Source of the DNA: Azolla caroliniana
Taxonomy: Eukaryota > Plantae > Polypodiophyta
Direction: 5' to 3'
Length of the DNA: 64,000 nucleotides
Assembly (NCBI GenBank): GCA_043228905.1
Contig: JBHGNT010000007.1
Coordinates: forward strand, 3,162,001-3,226,000
The notes under the pieces were generated by a model. That model saw only the letters and a list, made by a program, of their open reading frames with translations, searched no databases and was not told where the DNA came from. The translations under genes were made by a program, and so were the position numbers. Every line of letters starts with the position of its first letter. Position 1 is the stretch's first letter. Shown here in pieces: positions 24,936-35,280 of the stretch.

Positions 24936-26734
24936 TATATTATCGTCTTCGGAGGTCAAATATGACCTATGAGACCAAAAATATTACATTTCACGTGATA
25001 CGTGTGAAAGTGAGTAGTGACTCTCGATGTTCAAGAACTTTACCAATGAACGTTGCAATCGAGAGTGCACATTGTGGTTGTGAGAGGAATTCATGCAAAG
25101 ATTGGGCTCGATCGAAGAGATGTGGAAAGCATGGTCGAATATGATCAAAGGCAGAGCATTGTATCAAAGTGTGATACTCAGACTCGCGAACTTGTTTAGG
25201 GCAAAGTGTGCATAGTCGACCACTCTCATCACTTGTACCCCAACGCCCTGTTTCACATAGCAATGCATGTGAGCTAAGTCGCATGGAAGCAATGGTTCAA
25301 ATGGCAGATAACGGTATGGGCTCTAACATGTATGGATGTGTACGATTTCCACGTTCCGCAAAGAATATGGTTTTGTAGTTTGGTGCAACATGTGTAGTAT
25401 AATGTGTGAAGCGTGAGCCTCCACATTTGTCCCATGTCATGATACATTGGCGTTGCAAAAATGCCTCATTTACAGAGGAATCTAATGATGCATCAGGAAG
25501 CAAGTGTCTCGCATCCCATCTACCAAACCATTTTTCTATATCTTGCATCCAACCAGAACACAAAATTTTGCTTTTATGCGTCTTTTGGATCTTTTTGCTT
25601 GCTTCCAACGCAATTCTAGGAAGTCGATGTGAGGGACTTTTTTGAACCTTAAGCATGTATTCAACAACCCTTTCCATGGCCATGATCTCAATGGGAAGCA
25701 ATCCCGTCTCAAGGAGGAGGGTGTAGGGCGTTTGTTTCTTAACTTGTAGAAACTTGGTAAGAAAATGCTTTTGGACATTTTCAAACTCTTTCCACATAGA
25801 TTTCGGGATACAACCGCCCCATACTTCCACCCCATAGAGAAGAACTGGTGTCACCAAAGTGTCGAAAAGATATTTCTTGAGGACCCAACACTTAATATCT
25901 CCAAGATTGCATGTGTTCTCAAATGCATAGCATGCTCGCTTGCCCGCCTCTAAGCGGCGTGTAGCACATTCATTCCATCTATGATTTGAAGGAACTTCAA
26001 GGCCAAGATATTTGAAGCTTTCCACACATTCAAGTGGCTCATTGTTGTACATAATGCATGGTTTATCTCTTTTTTGGCTCTTCACAAGCATAATCTTTGT
26101 TTTAGAGCTATTGACACTTAATTTAGTATGCGTGCAAAAATTTTCCAATGCCTTCATAAGCTTTTGTGCATCTCCTAAAGTATTTGCAAAAAGCACTACA
26201 TCATCTGCATATAACAAAAGCATAATTACAACATTCCCAATGGCAACTTCTTCAACACATTCTTCCTTTGCAAACTTGGTAATCATTTCTTCCAATTCAT
26301 CAATGCATAGACTGTCAGGAACAGTACTAAGACATAGAAGGAATTAGTACTAAAAGAAGTATTAGCACTAAGAGAGGTGAAGAACTCTCGAGAGAAGGAA
26401 AGAGTGAGTGAGAGGAAGGGAGAGAGAGATCGAGAGAGAGAGAGTGTGATGATAAGAAAAGATATATATTATGTGAAGAAAATGTACAGTAGCTAGGAGG
26501 CTTAAGACTGGCGTTGAACCGATTTGGTTCGAAATAATGCCTTGTGCCTCCTTTTATAGTGTTCTAAGGAATACTCCTGAAGTTTCTAGAATGTTCCAGA
26601 GAAATCTGGAATATACATCAATTTTCTATAATAAAACATAAATGAAAATAATATTCTACGTATTACAATGTATAGTCTAATGGTCAAGAGCTCGGCCCAT
26701 GTAGCATAAGGTCATGGGTTCGAGTCTTGCCATA

Positions 26735-29700
26735 TCATGACACCATCCCCCCTTTAAAACGACGAGTGTAACGAGTCGTTTTGGATTGAGGACCCGGTTT
26801 GTCTGGATATTGACGATGGAAGTCTTCAAGAAGAGCACGAGCATTGGTGACATTCTCTATCGGTTCCCAAGTACGCTCGCTGGGACTATATCCTAGCCAA
26901 TCGACTAGATAGTAGAGCTTGTTGCGAACAATCTTGGAATCAAGGATGGCGGCAACCTCGTACTCAGGTCCATCTTCAAGCTCGATCGGGGGTGGAGGCT
27001 GTGTAATACGTCCTGGGATGGTGCTCTCTTGATAGGGTTCGAGGAGAGAACTATGAAACACTGGATGTATCCGAAGTTGTGGAGGTAGTTCAAGACGAAA
27101 AGCGACATCATTAATCTTTCCTATATAATACGAAAAGGACCTAATCGACGATAATCCAACTTCTCGCATGGGTGAGTGGTCTTGATGTGTTGTCGGAGTA
27201 GCCATACCCGATCTCCAATGTTAAAACTAGATGGGAGTCGATGACGATCCGCATAAACCTTGTGTGTTTGTTGAGCTTGTTGGAGGTGAGTAGATACATC
27301 CGCTTGTATCTTGCGTAACCTCTCCAAACGATCTTCTGCGCAAGGATTTGTGGACACCTCTGGGGTTTCAAGTACACACCACTGGGGGTGACATCCCGTA
27401 TAAGCATAAAATGGCGTAACTTTAGTGGATGCGTGGATAGAGTTGTTATAGGCAAATTCGGCGAAGTGGAGAATATCTGCCCAGTCATCCTGATGATAGC
27501 TGAGAAAGCACCGCAGATACTGCTCCAACGTTTGGTTGGTTGGTTTGGCTTGGCCATCGGTTTGGGGGTGGTAACCGGAGGAGAGGTTACAAGTGACGTT
27601 GAGCATGTTAAAAAGGTGCTTCCAGAATTTTGACACAAACTGGGGTCCACGGTCGCTGATGATACTATCGAGAAGTCCATGATGCCGACATACTTCACGC
27701 ATGACAATTTCGGCAGTGTCTTCACTGGAGATCTCCTTAGTACATGGCAAGAAATGAGCCATCTTCGTATATCGATCGACCACCGTTAGAATCGCATTGA
27801 ACCCCTTAGAGACTGGAAGATCTGTGATGAAGTCTAGAGCAATGGATTGCCACGGCTTGCTTGGAATTGGTAATGGTTCTAATAAACCATATGGATGATG
27901 CCTTGGCATTTTCGCTCTGCAGCATGTATCACAAGTCCGAACAAAATCCTCGACAAATTGTCGCATACAGGGCCACCAGAATGATCGTTGTACTAAATGT
28001 AATGTTTTAGTACTACCAAAATGCCCAGCTGTATATGTGTCATGACAGTTTTGTACTACTTGAAGGCGGCAAGAACCATTAGGAAAATACAAAAGTTCTT
28101 TAAAGAAGAGTAATCCATCATGGTATTTGAATTGCCGATAGTCCATACCTGGTGGTTGCGACTATGAACACGACGCGCGAGAGGGATCAATTTGTGCTAG
28201 TATAGCTTGGGCGAACGCATCTGTCTTCAAGTCTTCGTGTATGGTATCGATAACGCGGGAATCCATGGGCATGTCAAAGATCTGTGTTGCTTGTAGTCGT
28301 GCTGGTCCCAAGATGACTTGTTTTTGGTTATCGAAAGCTGGCTCGCCTAACGCGGGAATCCATGGGCATGTCAAAGATCTGTGTTGCTTGTAGTCGTGCT
28401 GGTCCCAAGATGACTTGTTTTTGGTTATCGAAAGCTGGCTCGCCGGGACGGGGTGCTAGATACGAACGCCGTGATAATGCATCTGCCTTCCCTTGGTGCT
28501 TCCCTGGACGATATGTAATTTTGAAGTCGAAACGCGTGAGGAAGTGGGCCCACCGAGCTTGACGTCGATTCAACACACGAGCATCCTGAAAGTAGGCAAG
28601 GTTCTTGTGGTCACTAAATACAGTGACCGGATGAGAGGATCCCTCCAGAAAATGCCTCCATTGCATAAAAGAATCCACTATTGCCAATAGCTCCTTATCA
28701 TGAATTTCGTAGTTGATTTCGGCGGCGTCAAACTTGCATGAGTGAAAAGCCACAGGATGTAGCTTCTCATCATTCCCCTGTTGTGACAGAATGCTCCCCA
28801 ATGCAAAATCCGATGCGTAAGCTTCAATAATGAATGGTTTTTCCGGATCGACATAAGCTAGAATTGGAGCCGATGTAAATGCCTTTTTAAGACTCTCGAA
28901 AGCCATGTCCGTTTCTTCAAACCAGATGAACAGTTGTCCCTTCCTGGTAAGTTGTGTGAGAGGTAGAACGATCTTTGAGTAATCTTGTATGAACTTCCGG
29001 TAAAAATTGGCAAAGCCTAGGAAGCATTGCACATCCCACACCGAACGCAGAGTCTGCCATTCTACCACCGTTTTGACCTTAGCTGGGTCCATGGAGATGC
29101 CTTCTGACGAAATGATGTACCCAAGAAATTCCACTTGGTTGCACCCGAAACTACATTTTTCCAGCTTTGCATACAGACCATGTTCTCGAAGTCGTTTTAG
29201 TACTAATAGTACATGAGAATCATGTTCTTCTTGGGTCTTTGAATAAACCAGTAGATCATCCAAATAGATGATCAAACAATCATCCAATAGATCTCGGAAT
29301 ATATCATTAGCCATGTGCTGGAAGACTGTCGGCACATTAGTGAGGCCGAACGGCATGACCGTATACTCGAAGTGCCCATATCTGGTGCGAAACGCGGTCT
29401 TCCATTCGTCTCCTGGTCGGATCCGTACGAGGTTATATGCTCCCCGTAAGTCGATCTTCGTGAAGAACCTGACACCATTGATCCGTTCTAAAAGACTTGA
29501 GATAAGGGGAAGAGCATACCTATTCCTGATTGTAACCTTATTCAGGCCACGATAATCTACAACGAGACGAAGCGATCCATCCTTTTTCTTGACGAAGAAA
29601 ATGGGCGCGCCAGCTGGAGATTTCGAATGCCGAATGAAACCATTTTCCAAATTCTCCTCTATATAGGCCCGAAGGACTTCCAGCTCGGTTGGTGACAAAT

Positions 29701-31398
29701 TGTAGATCGGTCCCCATGGCGGCTCTTTTCCCGGTTGTAAATCGATGGGGCAATCGTATGGTCGATGATGAAGAAGTGTGTTGGCTTGTACTTTATCGAA
29801 CACATCGACGTAATGACGATACTTCTCGGGAAGTTGAACGGTGGATTCTTCTTTAGTGGTGCTGGAGGGGTTTACTGATATTGCAAAGAGGAACATTTCT
29901 TCCTTGCACCCTTCTTTACGCAACTGACATAGCGAAATGGTTGCCATCTTCTAAGTTGACCCTTGGGTTTGTCGACACCGGATTTCTCTTGTTCTCTAAT
30001 CTATGTCTGGGTTATGGAACTCGAACCACGGTAATCTTAAAACTATGGGATGTTCTGGGATACTAATAATATTAAATGATACTACACATGCTAAGTTATC
30101 TAGGACAATATTAATGGGCTCTGACTCTTCTATGATATTTCCGGAAGCAATGGGACGTCCATCAATGACTACTATAGAGGCTGGACACTGGAGTTTTCTT
30201 AGGGATATCTTATGAGCTTGAGCAAATTTCTTATCCATAAAACAAGAGTTAGCTCCGGAATCGAGGAGTGCTAGGACATGTACTGGAGGGGTACTTTTAG
30301 TACTAACTATTACTTGGGCTACGAACACATCACTAACTTGCTTAGAGGGAATGGAACCACTAATGGGTTGCACAGATCTAGGGCTGTCCAACGAAACGGC
30401 TCCTATTTTGGCTGGACTTAGTCGTTTAACTCTTCTTCTAACTGACTAAGGACATCAAATCTGTTCGCTAGATCTTGGCTATTAGTACTATTAGGACTAT
30501 CAGATATCCCTACTGAAATAGGCTCGGGTTTAGTACAATTAGAACTAGCGACTATTTGGTTTACCTGTCTTCTTGGCCTATGGGGGCAATTTATTGCAAT
30601 ATGTCCTGGTCCACCGCAGTAAAGACATAGTTGATTTGTACGACGTCGTTGCTTTTCTTCTTCGGATAATGGCCCTCGACGACGTGTAGTGTCAATCTCC
30701 ATCGGAGTCGGAGTATTCGCTGGAGGCGCATTATATGACTCCCTCGGAAAAGGTCTTGATACCACTGAGGCGTAGGTGGGCTCTGATCTTGCCCTCGGCA
30801 TTTGTAGCTGTCGTTCCGAACGTCACTCAAAGAGGTGGTTGTCACATCTCACCGCGCGACCGATTGCTTCTGTTAAGGACTTTGGCTCTTCGGGGAAGGT
30901 CAAGAGTAAATCCTTGACGTCGTTGCGTAAACCATAACGGAATTGCTCCATCAACGCTTGATCATCCCAAGGGATATCGGCGGCGAGTAGGCGAAAATCT
31001 GCATCGTATGCAGAGGCTGGACGGTCACCTTGGCGTAATCGCCGAATTTTGTTGATTGCGGTTCTGATGTTGTCAGTATCTCCGAAACATGCTTTAAACT
31101 CACCTAGAAACTCTTCAAAATTGTTGAGTAACGGAGATTCCTTTTCTAATAGTGGAGCGAACCATGCCAACGCTGAGCCACTTAACAAAGTGCCTACTAA
31201 ACCCACTCATGATGCATCGGTGGGATATCGGGAAGGATGCATTTGAATAACTAATCGTACCTGGTTAAGGAACCCTCTAAACTGCGATCGCGTTCCATCG
31301 AACTTTGTGGGAAGGACAATCTTGGGTTCTTTATGAATCCCTTGTGTTCCAAGCGCTTGTTGTTGCATCGCTACGATGGTGGCTTCGAGTTTTTGCAT
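26735..31398 (-). pseudogene. gag-pol: Chromovirus F gag and pol with C-terminal chromodomain; disrupted
   Basis: PTKFDGTR gag, CLYCGGPGHIAINC, LLDSGAN, IYLDD, ASDFA..KELLAI, GHFG..CDTC, DFIT/SDRG, GPF, chromodomain YEVAAILD..YLVDWLGY..TWEP. Confidence 0.93.
28251..28444. repeat. 97-bp tandem duplication in F pol (frameshifting)
   Basis: 28251-28347 repeated at 28348-28444. Confidence 0.95.
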
Positions 31399-34123
31399 GC
31401 GTAACGCAAGTTCCCCATGCTGTTGTTGTGTTTGCTACTTTTCTAAGGAGATTTGTTGAAGATCCCATAGCAACCGTTGGTTTTCTTGTTCCAAAGCATG
31501 GAACTTCTCTTTCAAGCATTGAAATTCCGAAAAAACAGATTGATATTCTTCAGCGCTAACAATGGCCATGGGATGAAAGAAAAGAGGAATAAGAGATTAG
31601 TAGGAAATGAGAGAGACAGAAGGTAGGAAAATCGGTTCAAACTGTCAGGAACAATACTAAGACAGAGAAGGAATTAGTACTAAAAGAAGTATTAGTACTA
31701 AGAGAGGTGAAGAACTCTCGAGAGAAGGAAAGAGTGAGTGAGAGGAAGGGAGAGAGAGATCGAGAGAGAGAGAGAGTGATGATAAGAAAAGATATATATT
31801 ATGTGAAGAAAATGTACAGTAGCTAGGAGGCTTAAGACTGGCGTTGAACCGATTTGGTTCGAAATAATGCCTTGTGCCTCCTTTTATAGTGTTCTAAGGA
31901 ATACTCCTGAAGTTTCTAGAATGTTCCAGAGAAATCTGGAATATACATCAATTTTCTATAATAAAACATAAATGAAAATAATATTTTACGTATTACAATG
32001 TATAGTCTAATGGTCAAGAGCTCGACCCATGTAGCATGGGTTTGAGTCTTGCCATATCATGACATAAACCAAATAGTGTTGGTGAGAGTGGGCATCCTTG
32101 CTTAACACCAATAGTGCTTTTGAAAAAATCTTAAAGTTTATCTCTCATGCGCACACAACATATAACCTTCTCATAAATTCGGGAAATTGCAAGCATATAT
32201 TCACTTGGCACCTCAAGTTCTTCCATTCGCCTCCAAAGATGCTCACGAGGTACCATATCAAAAGCTTTCTTGAAGTCTACAAAGCAACAATATAAACCTT
32301 TACCTCTAAGGCGACTTTCCTCCATTAATACTCGAAGGGTGATAAGGTGATCAATGGTGCTATGGTGTTTCCAAAAGCCAGCTTGTCCATAAGCTCTCTT
32401 ACCACTTTTTTCAGCCCATACACTTATCTTTGATTCCATTATACATCCAAATGTTTTGCCATTAATGAGCCAACCATGATGGTTCGATAGTTGTTTACAT
32501 TATTTATATCTCCACCTTTATGTAAATGTTTGATCCAATTTGTAGTCCAATCGTATGGCATACCATGTTGCAATGCATCATTAAACATATCTCTTATCCA
32601 TATATGTGCTTCCTTTCCCGTCCATTTGAGCATTTCAGCCTTTATACATTGAAGATCGCTTGCCTTTCGAGAGGCCAATTTCTTAAGTCCTATGCATATA
32701 TCTTCAATTGTAAAGAAGGGAGGCATATGTGAAAGAGAACCATAACACATCATCTTTCCGGCAAGAGATAACTCATATAAATTCTTACAATGCATAGACA
32801 AGTCGTGAAGAGTTAAGTCACCATAACTCTCAACACGTTTTCCCTTTAGATTTCCCCAAAATTTAGCACATGCATGTGCTTTCTCTGCGTTTGGATAAAT
32901 TGTTGAGTAGCTTCCCATATTCTTCTCTTTCTTTGAATAAGCCTTTTATACTCATGCAAATGCTTTTGGTAATTCTCTTTATCCTTAACTACATCCAAAA
33001 CCATAAGGCACTTTCGAGCTTCACGACATTCTTTATCAAACCATTTTTTCCTAAGTTTCTTGGTGCACTTCCAAGATGTGCGGTTGGTCGAAAAACATTT
33101 GTTTGTACATGAGAGAATGACTTTCTTGAAAGCTTCCCATTTGCATTCTAGTGTGGTACCATGTTGTATCTTTGTCATTTGTAACATATTCTCAACCATC
33201 TTGGAATACATGGGTGCTCGCTTAAGGTTCATGCTCAAGTGCAGTTGTTTATTATCTTCAATAGCCTTCTCACAATCAAACCTATGCATACATTTGAGAT
33301 CAATACATAACAGCCTATGATCGGATTCCAGTGTCCATTTACCAAGTGAGAATTTATGTATACGATCCAAAATACCTTCGGAAAGTAGCACATAGTCAAT
33401 CACACTATTTCCGTTGTGTTTTCTACATGTAAAACCATTAGTGTTGGGCCATAAGGAAATACCATTTGCAATAAGCAATCCGGTACTATTGCACATTTGT
33501 AGGAGTAACTTCCCAAATTGGTCTGGATCTTTTTCATCGCTAGAAGAGCGGTTATACATTTGCATATCCTCTTGCATCCTTGAGATATGTGGCATGAAAG
33601 ATTCTTGTGAATCAAGTTGGAAACTTCTTGTACGAGGATTCATGTCACCAAAGATAATAACTTCCCCTTTGGATTTGAAATAAGCAATATCATCTTCTAG
33701 ATTGGCAAACGGTTGATCTTTATCCAAACAAGCATAAAAGTTAGAATCTTGATGAGGAATGTAACATCCAACTACAAAAGTGGGCAAATCATTAAGTGTT
33801 TCTATTTTAAGCCATATGTAGCATTTATTTTCATCATTTTTTATGATTGACACATATTTCTCTATTTCCTTCTTAATCAAACATGCCATCCCTCCTTGTC
33901 CTCTTCTTTGTCGTGGATTTTTCTTTCATATCAAAGAGTGTACATTATAGTTTCCTAAACCTTGAATCCTTTGAGTATCATGCTCCCATGTTTCAACAAG
34001 AAGTGTGATATCCGAGTCATCGGTGAACTCCTCTATGCCAAATCCCGCATTCCATGGGTATCCATTGCAATTCCAAAAGCATAGTCGTAAAAGGCGTGGG
34101 TTAGTCTCATAGATCATGTGTCC

Positions 34124-34993
34124 CTATTTGCCTACATTTCCATCTTTAGGCACATCCTTAACCTTGTTTTTCAATCTTTCTTCATATGCTTTACGACGAG
34201 CATTTTGTTGTGAGATAGTACGATCTTCACTCACAAAGCATTGTGTACCTTTGAGGTATACCCAACTATTTTCGAGTATGATCCGCCGCTTTGTATCATC
34301 TGTCATTGTGCATACAATAGGTCTTTCTTCGGAGCGAGTAACACCATGTTTCCCAACTCGATGTGCCCCATATACATTCACATCTGACATCCCATAATGC
34401 ATGCTAAAAAATTCACCAATGGCCTTTCCAAGGGATGCGGGTGTTTCCATACTCTCTTCTTTAATCCCACGGACGACAATGTTCTTTGATCGTCGTTCAC
34501 GTTCTTTCAATTCTCGGACATCTATGCTTTCTATATTCTTCTCTTGATGCATCACATGCATATTAGATGAGTTTGATAGCACATCCCCACCACATACATC
34601 GGCCCATGACTTAGTTGTACATACATTTTTCATCTCACTTACATCCCGCCTCATTGTGTCCAATTTTTCTTCTTTTAATGCTTCCTTTAACTCAATCTTG
34701 TTAAGGCGCTCATTTGTTTCAAAAGAAGCTCTTTTACATTCTTGAATCTCTTCTTGAAGTTTTGCAACCACTTGTTTAAGCCTTTCATTCTCAATGACAA
34801 CACTTTGGAGCTTAGTATTCTCTTTCATTAACGTCCTAATCTCTTCACCTTGCTTGTTTATGGTTTCTTGAAGAGAAATCAAGTGACTCATAAGCATTTT
34901 GTCCATTGCATTAGAATCGAGATTTGTTGGTGATCTCGGCTCATTATCAATCATACCCCCAAACTTCGCGGCGGTTTTACGAGTATTTGCCAT
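34124..34993 (-). CDS. LINE ORF1 protein, 289 aa (coiled coil plus RRM-like domain), intact frame
   Basis: Heptad-rich N half, ERERRSKNIVVRGIKE, AHRVG..RPI, FVSEDRT..RRK motifs typical of LINE ORF1; ends 6 nt before the ORF2 ATG. Confidence 0.85.
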   Translation of the reverse strand: MANTRKTAAKFGGMIDNEPRSPTNLDSNAMDKMLMSHLISLQETINKQGEEIRTLMKENTKLQSVVIENERLKQVVAKLQEEIQECKRASFETNERLNKIELKEALKEEKLDTMRRDVSEMKNVCTTKSWADVCGGDVLSNSSNMHVMHQEKNIESIDVRELKERERRSKNIVVRGIKEESMETPASLGKAIGEFFSMHYGMSDVNVYGAHRVGKHGVTRSEERPIVCTMTDDTKRRIILENSWVYLKGTQCFVSEDRTISQQNARRKAYEERLKNKVKDVPKDGNVGK

Positions 34994-35246
34994 TGTAGGG
35001 AAAAACCCTACGGGAAAAGAGAGATAGAGAAGGAAGGAGAGAGAATGTACCTTTCCCTCAATTTAGGGCTTCAAAATCTACCTTCCGTTTGAGGAACCGT
35101 GGGGCAAAGATGGCTGCGGATGAAAATGCTCATAACTTCTCGCCACGGTAACGGAATTCAGTAAATTAGAAAGCTCTCTCAAAGAGCTTTCCAATGAGCT
35201 ATATAATGTAGAAAACGATGGCCGGAGTGAACTTACAGAGAGATTT

Positions 35247-35280
<34 letters not shown>

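Larger units (their letters stand above)
26313..32064 (-). mobile_element. Ty3/Gypsy chromovirus F (Tcn1/Tf1-sushi-like); LTRs 26313-26742 and 31643-32064
   Basis: Near-identical LTRs TGTCAGG...CATGACA, TSD TAGAC/TAAAC, PPT AAAGGGGGGATGG, domain order gag-PR-RT-RH-IN-chromodomain. Confidence 0.95.
24991..34117 (-). pseudogene. LINE ORF2 (AP endonuclease, RT, cysteine-rich C-terminus), frameshifted and interrupted by chromovirus F
   Basis: FWNCNG, LVETW, FGDMN, SVIDY, SDH (APE); NYRTI, QAGF, FVDFKKAFD, LLYADD, FKYLG (RT). Confidence 0.92.
24893..35250 (-). mobile_element. Apparently full-length two-ORF LINE (~4.6 kb after removing F), RTE-X-like, with (TATC)n tail
   Basis: ORF1 plus APE-RT ORF2 with C-terminal RLSSH..ETGRW..RLCTLC..ESEYH..C motif; (GATA)n at 24893-24934; flanks rejoin the Copia D LTR. 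Clade assignment is inference. Confidence 0.85.
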
